Source: Gnetum montanum (lineage: Eukaryota > Plantae > Gnetophyta). Taken from it: DNA of 64,000 nt. Below are positions 52,154-64,000 of the stretch, one piece after another; position 1 is the first letter of the stretch, and each line of letters begins with the position of its first letter. The position numbers and the translations under genes are program-made. The notes beneath the pieces were generated by a model that saw only the letters and a program-made list of their open reading frames with translations, searched no databases and was not told where the DNA came from. The stretch is from positions 390,105-454,104 of the forward strand of contig MNCI01002585.1 in the NCBI GenBank assembly GCA_015680685.1, given 5' to 3'.

Positions 52154-53990
52154 TTAAAATGGGGGATATCCCCCATAACTAAATGGTTGAGCATGGAAAG
52201 GATTAATAAATGAAAGATGAGGATCCTTGCATGTTGGAAACATTGAAACTTGGTCATACTTACCCCATTGGGGTTCACACACTTGATTATAGTAAGCATA
52301 GTGGGGCAATTTATGAGATGTGGTTTCTGGATAAAGAGTTGATCCACTATGATACTTGAGATTGTAAGATGGTATGCAAGGATCGCGATGCCGCTCTCCA
52401 TGGCTGTATTCATTAGATCGTATGGTTTTTGGAGTGTTAATTGGTGGCCTTGGTAAAGTGACATGAGGCGCTAGGTTCGAAGAGAATGCACCATAGTGTT
52501 GGACTTGTGCTGAGTTGGAGAATCCAGTGGCCTTGGAATTGTGTTGTCCCTTCCTATGGTCATGTCTAAAGAAGAGACGCTTTTGATGTTGATGAGGTCT
52601 CTCACTGCTGTTTGCAATAGTGGTACAAGTAACGTTCGTGGATTGTTGCTGTGGTGTAGACATTTCAGGAACAATTGGTGGAAATGTAGAAGGAGAGAAA
52701 GGATGAGAATGTTGAAATTTAGAAGAAATGTAAGGTACACAAGGCGGTGGATGTGTTGAAGACATGGGCTGATAGTATTGAGGAGAATGATAATGCAGCG
52801 AGATAGAGTATGTTGACCCAGTTGGGGAAACAGGATGTTGAACTAGATAACCATTTAGATTTGGATGATACGAAGGGTGTCTCCAGTTTAGGGGTGGCTT
52901 CCCCCACGACTAGGATTGTTTCCACTGTGATCAAACATAGTATCTCTATATGAACTCTAGGTGTAACGTGCCTCCCCAATACTAATATAAATGTAACAAG
53001 ATTGGGCATTGGCCCTTGGGATGATCGTACAGGCAAATGTTGCATTCATACATATGATTGGCAGTTAAGCTCTTATTTTTTTCATCCCTTCTTTCTGATT
53101 GTCTAAGGATTCTTTGTCCTGCTTCTTGGGTTGTCAAAACTCTATCTCCAATAATATCAATGTATTCTCCACACTTTTTATGTGTCCATTCCAACATCTT
53201 ATTGATCTTTGCCTTGACTTCTTCTAACGATTGTTGTATTGGCAAAGATGGTTCTTCCTCCTTGAGATAGGTTGATTTCTCCTTTTTATGATTATGGACC
53301 TTTGTTAAGTTGAGATTTTGGTTCCGTTGATATTTTTTGACACTCTCCCATCTAGCCATTTCTCCTTCTTCTTTTGCTACCCGCATAATAAGCTCTGGGA
53401 ATTGATGGGTTCATAGTTCATATAGTTGACCTTGGGCATACATCCCTAGGGTTTCTCTTGTTGCATCACGAAGCCCATCAATGATATGGTACATTAGCCT
53501 TTCCTCAGAGAACTCATGGCTTGGAAAGTTGTTTTACAGTGCATAATATCTTTCTAAGGCCATGTCCAAGGGTTCATGTTGTGCTTGTTTCCACTCTTGG
53601 ATTTGTTTCCTCAAGGCCGACACTCCTGCGTAGGTTTGATATCTTTTGTTAAAGAGTTCTAACATTGTTGGCCAATGTCATATTAAATTTGGTTTTAACG
53701 ATCTATACCATACTTTTGCTTGGCCAACGAGTGTCATAGGAAAGAGCTTGAGTTTTTGCCAACCGTTATCAATGTTGTTCCATGCATAGGCATCGTAGAA
53801 GGCTTGCAAATGTTGTTGTGGATCTAAGTCATAGCCTCTTGAGAAATTGGAAAAGTTGTTTAAATCAAGCCTAGGTAGATGACTCTCTTTATGATGCCTT
53901 TGAGAGATTTGAATAGCCTCTTTTATTTGCGTTAGGCTTGTATGGCCAGTACGGGTTCATCGTCATCGAGTAAGTTATACTTTCATGTGT
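52154..53990 (-). pseudogene. gag of element D
   Basis: KLKLFPMTLVGQAKVWYRSL retrotrans-gag core, CNICLYDHPKGQC knuckle and a Ser/Pro/Gln-rich tail. Confidence 0.85.
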
Positions 53991-55098
53991 TAGGACGATG
54001 CTGCTTTCGTTTATGTTTATAAGAAACCCCCACCTCATATTGCATACTTGAATCTTCATTGTCATATAATTCGTTGGTTCTCCAATGAATTTCCTCACTA
54101 GGTATGGAATTTTCATAGTCTTGTAGGAGAGGCATGGTTGTGCAATTGTGTGTGAATTTATATGTGACTTTTTATAATGATTTCTTCCTAAAAGATATAT
54201 CATTAATTCCTATACAATGACCTTTTGTGATATAACTAATCTAGATAACTAGCACCATCCCTGGCAATGACGCCAATGATGAGTGGTGAGGTACCCCTAC
54301 ACTCAACCATACGAATATGAGCATTTCACGCACAATCTGGTCAAACTCTGTAGTCGAGCTAGTTGTGGTATCTTGACTATTACTCTTAGATTGCAGTTCA
54401 CTGTCTTCCCACCTAGAATAGTATTAGCTTTGTCACATATGGTTTAGTCAAGAGTGAGGTGTATGATGTGTTCCTATACTAATGCTACTCCTAAAGGAAG
54501 TGGAAAATATCTTTAATTAAGCAAAGAGGAAAGGGAGAGAGAATCTAAACTAGCTTAAGTGCAATGAGCATCCATTCCTTAATCATCCGTACACATCTTG
54601 GACCTCGTGCATGACTACCATTGGGATTACCAAGCGCATGGCCTAAGTATGCTACTGGGTTACCAAGTAGTCACACTTAAATGCTCGTGATTAAGTTGTA
54701 CTCTTTCCGCGTTACTAGGAGATAAGGGTGAAGAGATATTAATTAAGAAAGCATTAAATAACAAATAAATAAATAAATAATTAAGCTAAGTGGATGCTAC
54801 AATGATGAAGTAATCTCGATCTTTATTGCCGATCATGTGCGTGTCCAAGTACGTCACACTCGAATAAGGATGCTGTATAATTACAATCACCACACTGTGG
54901 GCATGCACTGGGAGAGAAGGGTTGAGAGAGGAACTACTTTAAACTTAACACTTAAAAAAAAACTCTAGAAACTAAAAACTTCAAAAACTGCCTACCAGAT
55001 CTGTCTACCTCTTATTTATAAATGAGGAGACAGGCTGTGATATCGTGTACGAGATATCACGGCTGCGATATCATGGCCAACAAAATGATAAATCATCA

Positions 55099-57883
55099 AA
55101 ACAAAATTAGAATCAACCTAGAGCATCAATTTAGCACAACCTTCATGAACCCTTGGGGTACCTTTTATTATATCATAATGCCCTTTGGCCTTAAGAATGC
55201 AGGAGTAACCTATCAAGGAGTCATGATTTACATCTACAGTGATTACATGTTAGGTATGCTCAATGATTACATAGAAAATATAGTTGTTAAGTCCAAAGTG
55301 ATCAATGACCATGTTAATGAACTAGACCTTGTGCTTAAATGATGTCTCAAGTATGAGCTTAGGATCAATCCTAAGAAATGCATCTTCAGTGTCAAGACTA
55401 ATAAGACGCATGACCTTGTAGTATTCAAAGTAGGAATATGTGTCAATCCTAATAAGGTTAAGGCCATATCTAAATTGGTAGCACCTACCAACCTTAAGGA
55501 GCTTTAGGGATTACAAGGAAGATTACAATTTATTCATAGGCTTATCACTAGGCTTATGGATAATTTATAGTCCATGTAGCACTTTCTTAAGAAATGGGTT
55601 CACTATGAGTGGATGAATTCATGCCAAGAGGCCTTTGAAAACCTTAAGCAAGAGTTGGTTCAACTACTAACAGTCTATCCTCTACAAGAAGGTAAGTCAT
55701 TTTATATCTACTTTGTCATCTCTGATATGTCCATTGCCTCTCTACTTTGTTAGAAGTGCGATGATGGATCAGAGATGCCTATATACTACCTTAGCCATGC
55801 ATTAGTTACTCATGAGTCTTCATACACTGAAGTGGAGGAGTATTTTCTAACACTAATCTTCTCATTGAAAAAGTGGAGACACTACTCCTTTAGGAGCTAA
55901 GTCAACATCATTTGTAAAAATAATATACTTAGAGCCATAACAACCAACATCTATGAAAGTAGTTCTATAGCCTGATGGAAAGCCATAACCGTAAAGTTTA
56001 ACCTTCATTATGTCTCTCAATCCTTAATGGAAGGTCAAAATATAGTTGTACAACTCATAGTATCACTTATCAATGACAAAGTAGCCATAGTTCCTAAGTT
56101 TCCTGGTGAATACATTAATACTATTAGCCAAGTGCTTGAAGGTTATGAGATGGTCATGCACTTTGATGGAGCTTCAATTGCCCATGGAACTACTACCGTT
56201 GCCATTATAACATTCCCATATGGTGAAATCCAATCCTTTGCATATCATTTTGAGTTTCCATGCACTAATAACATAGTAGAGTATGAGGGTTTGATCAGAA
56301 AGATGATGGCAACTCATGACCTAGGGATCAAGCACTTAAGGATTAAAGGTGCACAACTTGTGGTCAACCAAGTGATTGAGGTCTATGCATGTAAAGCCAA
56401 ACACTTACAACCATACTATGATCTAGGGAAGTAATTGTTACAAAAATTTATAGATGTTAATATCCAACACATACCCTAAAATTAGAACACCATAGCTGAT
56501 GCAATTACAACATTAGCCCTTAGTGTTTCACTAGATGTGTTTAGTAAGTTTCCCACCTTAACCGTGGACTGTGCTACTTCCATCACATAGAACACTGAGG
56601 ATACCTTTATGGATATTGTTCATACTTCTCCTCCTAAGGAGTTGTATGATGATATCAAAATTTACCTCATACATGGTAAATCCTCATAAGGCTAACAAAT
56701 GCTCAAAAGGATGTTGTATGTAAGCGATCAAAGCAGTATGTCATCATGGGTCATAACACATTATGTCAACAATCCTACGATGGCATGCTCTTAAAGCGCT
56801 TAGGTAAAATTGAAGCTAGAATGGTCCTAGAGGAAGTTCATGAGGGTGTTTGTGAAGGGCATATAGGACTAAGAGCTATGGCCCCTAAGATTAGATGGTT
56901 AGACTACTATTGGTCCCATCTAGAAAATGACTGCCTGTAGAAGGTTAAGCATTCTGATACATGCCAATGGTATAGCAACCTCATACATGTACCATTAACT
57001 AAGTTGCATATCACTTAGATAACATGTCCGTTTCAATGATGTGGGTTGGATATCATTGCACCTATAATGCCTAAGTCTTCTGCAGGGCATAGCTTCATCA
57101 TTACCACAACCATATACTTTACAAAGTGGTTTAAGGCTATTTCCCTAAGGAAGACTACATCTAAACAAGTCTACAAATTCATCCTAGATAACATTATAGC
57201 TCATTTTGACATACCCATGATGATAGTTATAGACAATGGACCATAATTTAGTAGTTAAGAAACAAAATATTTCTGTCATGATCTAGGCATTAAGCATTAT
57301 TTCTCATTGCCTTATTACCCTAAAACCAATGGACAAGTGGAAGTAAGCAATAAGGCCATCATCAACCTACTCAAGAAGATTCTTAACAATTGTAAGCACA
57401 AATGGTAGGAGTGGCTTGTCCATGCACTATGGGCATACATAACAAGCTATCGAATGGCAACTAATATGATCCCTTATAGCTTAGTTTATGGTTCTGAAGC
57501 TTTTTTACCTCTTTAATTGCAGGTGCCATCACTTAGAGTATCCTTGACTGACTTCATCAATGATGAGCAAAACAAGGAGTTGTGAACAACAACCCTAGAC
57601 TCGGTGAAGGAGTAACATATGTAAGCACTTTCTCACATTGAATACTATCAAGAGAGGCAGAAGTGACAAGATCACTGTAACTTGACCATGTGTAAGATCA
57701 AGGAGGGTGATCTAGTCCTCAATGCTATCCATAAGCATGCAAACAAATTCTCAATGAACTAGGAAGGATCCTTCCTTGTCACCAGAGCCTATGGGAATGG
57801 TGCATTTAGGATAGCTAACATGGATAAGAATGAGCTAGCCAAATTTGGTCAATCACTCCTATGTAAATCCATACTACATGTAA
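55099..57883 (+). pseudogene. pol of element B, 3' part (RT, RH, aRH, integrase)
   Basis: IRINLEHQ, MPFGLKNAG, HFDGAS..TNNIVEYE, VHEGVCEGH and IDNGP; ends PYYM*. Confidence 0.95.
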
Positions 57884-58140
57884 CTAACAATCATCGACAA
57901 GCAAGCCTACTTTCAATAGTTCGCTATGATCTTAAACTGGCAACATAGCCTGCTAGGATCTTAAATTGGTACCATGACCCACCACAACCTTAAACTAGTG
58001 AATTTAGTGACATAGATAGCTTGGTTGTATCATATCATGTGGCATGTATGCATTGTAGCATCATACTATGAAATGGTGTTTTGTGTTCTTTGTTGGTGCC
58101 TCTCAGGTCAATCATCCAAGCACCTACAAAGAGGGGCCAT

Positions 58141-59631
58141 TGAAACATTACAAAATTTTGTATGTTATAGTCAATTGTCTTCATGTAGTTGTCACCCCAT
58201 GAAAATTGAGGAAAAACTTTATTGTAAATGTGAAGATTGTAACCCATGAGGGGCAATCTCATATATTCTAGACTTTTGAGGCTGAAAATATCTCATAAGT
58301 GGTCAAAGCCTCATTTCCCAAGTGAAAAATGTCACATAGTGTCTATATTTGGGCAAAGGGGTGCGAATGGGTATACACTTTTCTATGTTGAAAACACATA
58401 CAAAGGGGTAAATCTCACCTACCCCTAGCGTGGAAGGATGGAGGTTCTCCCTTCGGCTTGGAAACTTTCCTCCTTAATGTAGAGATTGCATGCACAAATT
58501 TGAACCCTTTCCTCCTCAGCATGGAGCCTCCACTTTTAGCATGGAAACTGCATTCCCCTAGCATGGAAGCCACAAAAACTAGATTTTAACATCCCATGAA
58601 CTCCAATCTTGACCAACCACTTCAATAAGGATGACAGAAAGCTCAGCATGGAATACCTATCTCCAGCATGGAAGGTATGCTCCTGTTTCTATTTATAGTA
58701 AATAAAATGACCTAGGGGGAAGGCACTAACTATGTATAGTAACCTCCCAAATTTGGGCACCCATCTCACTTATACAAGGTAGAAATTTGCGACCAAATTA
58801 CAACCAATTTGCAACCATTGTATAGCCAAATTATAGCCTAATCATAACCATTTTGTAGCCCTAGTCATGATCTAAAACCTATAAAAACTAGTCTCAAACA
58901 CCATTTACAAGTTCAGTGACTGTTGATGCACACATAATTTTGTGGTTTAGAAATTTTTTTATGATTAACAACTTTTGGTTCTCATAATTTTCATGGTTCC
59001 ACACTTGAACATTCTCAAGCACTGAAGAGCTCTTGTAATCTCCCATGTTTGCATTCTCTTGAACCCTAGCATGAAAGCATTATAGCCTTGAGATTTGTTA
59101 AATTTTGGGTTCAACATTACATTATTGGAAGTCCCAACCGCTAGTGTGGAGCAATCTAGTACCAAAATTTTCACTTGTCTCACCCCCTACTAGTAATCCA
59201 AATTGTGTATCTACAATTTGCAATAGAGGAGATTTGAATGCATCAGAAGTGACTTGGTATCCAAATCATGGAGCAAATTACATTGGCTTCAATAGGCCTT
59301 GAAATCTTACCTCAGCGAACCCTCCTTTGCTCTCTCATGGGCATTTATTGTACACATTTTTGAAACTATTTCTTTATTATTTTAATAAAGTTTTAAAGGT
59401 TCATTTTTGTGTGTAATCTACATTTGTTTTTTTTCTTGTTCTACAAGTGTATAATTTTTTTTCATTATTATTTGCATCATTCATTTTGCATTTCCTAAAG
59501 TCCTTGGTTAATTTGCTAGACCTACTAGGGTATCCTAAAGTCCATTTTTCAGAGGCACTAGGGATTTATGGTTGAGGCTACTACGCCAGATCTATCAAAT
59601 TTTCCAGCAATTGATTTTTCCTATTGTAATA
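58141..59631 (+). repeat. 3' LTR of element B
   Basis: Follows the PPT and is followed by TSD CTAGT. Confidence 0.92.
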
Positions 59632-62600
59632 CTAGTGTTGTAGGCTGGTCATCTAGAGGTTAAGATGGGTTGATTTAATGTCAGTTTGAAGCTCCACATA
59701 TGAAAAATACATTGGCCAATGTATCTTTGCTTTGCTATAATGTACTTTTGATGGAATTTTATCTTTTCATGTCTAAAATGGGGTAAAATGGTAGTTGGTT
59801 TTAGGTTTCGGTGTTCTCAACTTTTCTAGGCTTCTCTAGTCAAGTTTTGGAGAATCCAAGATTGTCATAAGGCTATGAAAAGTAATTCCCACATAAAAAA
59901 TATGTTGGATAGCATCTTTATTATATGTCCTAGCATATTTCTTGAGAAAATTTAATTTCTAGGGAACTTGGGTGATTAATTAACTGGGTTTTTTTTTATC
60001 TTCTAGGGTTACTAGGATTTGTGGTTAGGGCTTAGGCTTAAAATTGTCGATCTGGGAAGTTATTGGAGGCATGATTTAGCCATTTCTATTTTAGTGTATC
60101 TTTGGAGAATTTGATTATTTTGATCATTTTAGGCTCAGTTTTCAGGGTTTGATGGTTATCAGAGGCTTTGATAAGGTTTTGGGGTTGGATGGAGGCATTA
60201 GGAGGTTGATTTGACTAGTTGATGACTTGTTCTTAGGTTTTCATGGAAAAGATATGGTGGACAACATTTTTATGGATCATCCTAGCATATTTCCAAGGTT
60301 TAAATTAATTTTAACTCATTTTTGGCTTGTTATTTGGTATTCCAAGGTTACTAGAGACTTAAGGAATGTTCCAAGGATAGGGTTTTCTATTTGATTATCG
60401 TTGGAGGTCTTATTGGTTAATTTATTTCTCAATCTACTTAAAGATATGTTGCTGACATATTTATGGCTCTTGCTAGTGTATCATTTTAAGAAATATGGGG
60501 TTTGACACTTTTTGATAGGTTTTAAGAGGTTTTGGAGTTGTTGAAAGCTTTGCTAATGTGTGGGACTTGGATTGGATGTTTTGAGCTCAATTAGAGGTTT
60601 GGTCAATGTAATTCATCCTCATTCCTTACATAGATATGTTGCCAATGTATCTTTGCTCATGACTAGTGTAGTTTTGCTTAGAATGGCCTGTTCTAGATGT
60701 GTGTTGGTCATTTCTGACATTAGAAATCCTTCAGTATTAATGTCTAGGTTTCTAAGTTTGGATAAGGCATTATTCAACCTCAATGGGTTGAAGATGGATG
60801 GATAGTAGAGATATCTTAGCCATGATTGGTTCTTGGAATCCATACCAAGCCTTCTTTGACATTAATCTCAACATAGTTTTAGTAAAAACATATGAATCCC
60901 ATGGTATTGGTACTTTTAAAGGTTTATTTGGGATGTGCCTAGTGGGGCCTACTTAAGTTTAAATTATTAATTAGTATTAAACTTCCCATAAATCTAGGAT
61001 ATTTTTTACCTTCCATATGTGAACATGGAGTTCATTGGGTGTTATGTGGGAGTTTTGGGTGTAAGAGTTATGGGATTAACACATAAGTATGGGAAGGCTC
61101 TTAACATCAAAATTTTACACAAACCAATTTTCTTAACCTAGTTCTTGTAGATAGTGATTTGTGTCAAGGATTTACAATTGATCTTACCTCTAATCCCATA
61201 ATATCCTAGTATATCTATGCAATTTCTCACCAAAGAGGAAGTGCAGTTGCAAGGATGTGAAGAGAGGTTGAAGATTTTTGTGCTTACTAGCCCAAGATGT
61301 CAAAAAGAAGAGGATCTACTAGCAAAAATACATGCATGGAGGAGGCAGACATTGCTGCCAAAGGAATCTCTCACCTACCATGGTTCATCATTTGAGAAGG
61401 CTCATCCAATATGTCTACCAAGTACCTTCCTTTCACTATTTTTACTATTTTTGGCCAAGATATTTAGGTGTTTTGTGTTGGCTAGGCTTGTGGGTTAAAA
61501 AATTTTGGTTTTAAATGGTTTGGATGCTACATTTAGGTTGTGTCTATGCATTGATGTTGTTATTTTGGCCTCAAGTCCTACCTATTCCAAGTTTTGAATT
61601 TTTTATTTTTGTCCATTCTATGCATTTTCACTACTTTTTGATGAAATAGTAATGCCACTTTTCAATTTTTTTGTAAGAAAATGGGATGGAATTTTTAGTT
61701 TCTAAGGAATATATTTACTATCCATTGTTTATTGTCACAATTATGGTTGAATAACCAATTTCTAATCTACAGGTAATTTTTTATGAATTTTTCCATAGAC
61801 CAATGCGTAGTGATTTTTTGGCTTTGAACTGTTTTTATCCCTTTGAGACTGGTAGCGTTGACATTTGTAATAATTCTTTCTATCAATATCCTAGCCTCTT
61901 AGGGATTTTTAGGATTGGATAGAAGGGTTCTATGATAGTTTTATGATTTTTTGAAATTTTATTAAAATTTTCATAGAGGTTTCACTGTAGTTGTTTCATT
62001 GCAAACTAGGATTTTTGAAAAACTTTCAAAGTGGTGTTATGCTATTATGTTAATTTTTTATATGCATATGATTATAATGTTAGTGTAAAATTCTTGTTGA
62101 ACTATGTTTCTTTGAAATGATTAGACTTAGAAAAAAAAATTTAGTAATTTTTTGTCCATGTGAATTGCTTTATATAGTTGTAGTTTCAATTGTTGATGCT
62201 GCAGAGCTTCCATTTTGTATAGATAGTGTTGGCTTACTTTTCAGATTTCAATGGTCATGTGTAGAGTTCCTAGGGGTTATTTACATGTCATATGTTGGTT
62301 TTTAATAGCTGTTAGAATTTTTTTTAAAAAAATTTAGCTAGCCTTCCTAGAGCTTTTACCACAACTGTTTCACTACAAATTGGGATTTCTAGTCAAAATT
62401 TCATTAAACCTAGAATTGAAATTTTTACAACTATTTTTGTGTTGTTGGTCATGGGTTTGAATTTTTTATAGACTAGTTCACATAGTTTTATTTCTTATCA
62501 TAAAAATGTTCTAATTCTATTATGCACATTTCAACCATGTGATTACCATCTTCATCAATATGTTGGTTTTCGATTAATTTTTATATGCAAAGTGTTGATA

Positions 62601-62754
62601 ATTTAAATTTTAGATTTTTATTGTTTCAACCTTTAATTTAGTTGTTTTGATTTTGTATAGTGATGTTGACATTTCATTCATTATTTTTTGCTTACTATTG
62701 TTGAATTATGCTTCCTGAGATGTAACGTTTTAATGGCTATTTTTAGCTATGTAG

Positions 62755-64000
62755 GGTCTTCTTGAAGCCCATCCTAATTGTGGTTGAGCTAGTTGGTCTC
62801 TTATGCTACATAATAATTACACTAGAACCTAACAATCCACCTCTTGATGTGGTCCTAGATCATGGTTTTCTTTGGTTCAGATTAGGGGCTAGGGAGTTCT
62901 TAGCATTCTTGCTAAAGAACTTTAGTGTGATGTTGTGGTCATCCTTGGCCTCTGACACTACAACAATGATTTTAGAGCTCTATCATTGAGTTCATGGTCA
63001 ATGATCCTACCACTTGTGTGAAAGGTGACCATCATGATGATAAGTACACCATAGGCACACAAAAGTTATTCCAAATTTGGGATATACGTGCGTTTATTTC
63101 ATACAATGAAAATAATACATTAGGCCACTTGGTTGTGATGTTGTTTGTCTGCTATTTTCATTAGGCCACTTGGTTTTGATAATTTTTGTTCTTTAGTTTA
63201 CATGTTGTAGGCATAGGGTAGATGATTCAGGACTAATCAAGAGTGATCAAGTCTTACCCTTGGTCCACATAGCATTGGAGGTTTTTGCACAAAGTTAAGT
63301 AGTGAGGTTTATGGTGTTGGAATAGCTAAAGGATGACTTTAGTAGGTATACCTCATACTACTCCCAAGTCTATTGCAAGTGCTTGGCCAATAAGACTGCT
63401 CATGATTGGTGGGGCCTTTGAGGCTTGGATGTATATGCATCCATGGCTCTTAAGTTTCCTACATTGCCTATACCAAGTAAGCAAAGTTAAAGTTTTATTA
63501 TTATTATTATTATTTAATATTTTTTGTTTATATAATGTTAACATTTTATGGTTGCTTAGTTACTTAGTTATCTAGGCACTAAGTGTTTGACTAATTTTAT
63601 TAGTATGGCTACAAGTTTAATTTTTAAATTTGTTACCTTTGTTTTTCCTTGGTTTTGTATGATGTGCCTATGCTAAAGCTGATGGATTTTTCACATTGTG
63701 TTATAGGTGCTACTCCAAAATCTACTATTGCCATGATCACTTCAGGACATGCGGAGGAAACACTCATCCTCAAGTGGGATGAAGTAGAATCAATGTAGCA
63801 TTGGTTAGCTAGCTAAGCACTTGAGACATTCAAGAGAGGATTGCCAATGCGGGTTTGCTAGATTTATTTGTGTTTCCTAGCCCATCCATGCCTAGTTCAT
63901 AGATGGTGAATGTCATCGACTCCTTTGACAAAGGAGTTAAGAAATTCATCATCCACGTTCATGGTGTGCCTATCACTTTAGCCATTAGTGATTCTACATT
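62755..64000 (+). pseudogene. Second, diverged copy of the FCP1/NIF-like + PMD-like multi-exon gene (runs off the window)
   Basis: KPILIVVELVGLL..WFRLGAREFLAFLLKNFSVMLWS, QIWD..YNENNTL, LKDDFSRY..YS..KC and MITSG..W..GLLDLF..DSF..HGV align to the exons at 28070-26880. Acceptors at 62754, 63210 and 63706; donor at 63477. Confidence 0.8.

Larger units (their letters stand above)
46531..55098 (-). mobile_element. Athila-like LTR element D (gag + ORF2, no visible pol) inserted in the RT of B
   Basis: LTRs 46531-47323 and 54277-55098 (TGATG..CATCA). PBS TGGCGTCATTGCCAGGGA at 54275-54258 is three transitions from the Athila tRNA-Asp PBS. PPT at 47324-47336. Degenerate TSD GAACC/AAACA; RT of B resumes after 55098. 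Confidence 0.92.
38432..59631 (+). mobile_element. Ty3/gypsy Tat element B, full length, decayed
   Basis: LTRs 38432-39937 and 58141-59631; TSD CTAGT at 38427-38431 and 59632-59636; PBS at 39945; PPT AAAGAGGGGCCAT at 58128-58140. Confidence 0.95.

Noticed and set aside
61217-61498. ORF as first exon of the second cargo gene
   Set aside because: Plausible by position, but I could not align it to the A copy or fix its splice sites, so it is not called.
62755-64000. Functional host CTD phosphatase gene
   Set aside because: It has stops and a frameshift, lacks the catalytic Asp, and its homologue here is retrotransposon-borne.

Overview
Plant-type repetitive DNA with no intact host gene. It is a stack of nested, decayed Ty3/gypsy LTR retrotransposons with heavy C>T/G>A mutation. 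Inferred nesting: an old Athila-like element (3' LTR 11404-12275, minus) is followed by a minus-strand Tat element 'Z' (3' LTR ~14260-15169, pol remnant 16080-18122, probably continuing at 37584-38431 and 59632-64000). Two plus-strand Tat elements sit inside Z. Element 'A' spans 18123-37583 and has an Athila-like solo LTR in its polypurine tract (TSD AGGGG). Element 'B' spans 38432-59631 (TSD CTAGT) and is interrupted in RT by an apparently pol-less Athila-like element 'D' (46531-55098, minus). The main finding is in the protease-RT spacer (Ogre-like intron) of A. It holds a ~5 kb antisense, multi-exon gene with its own TATA box and poly(A) signal. The encoded protein has an FCP1/NIF-like HAD domain with degenerate catalytic motifs, then a PMD/plant-transposon-protein-like domain, an acidic repeat and a coiled coil. 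A diverged homologue with the same intron positions lies at 62755-64000, apparently in the equivalent position of Z. All domain calls are by eye and no database searches were run.
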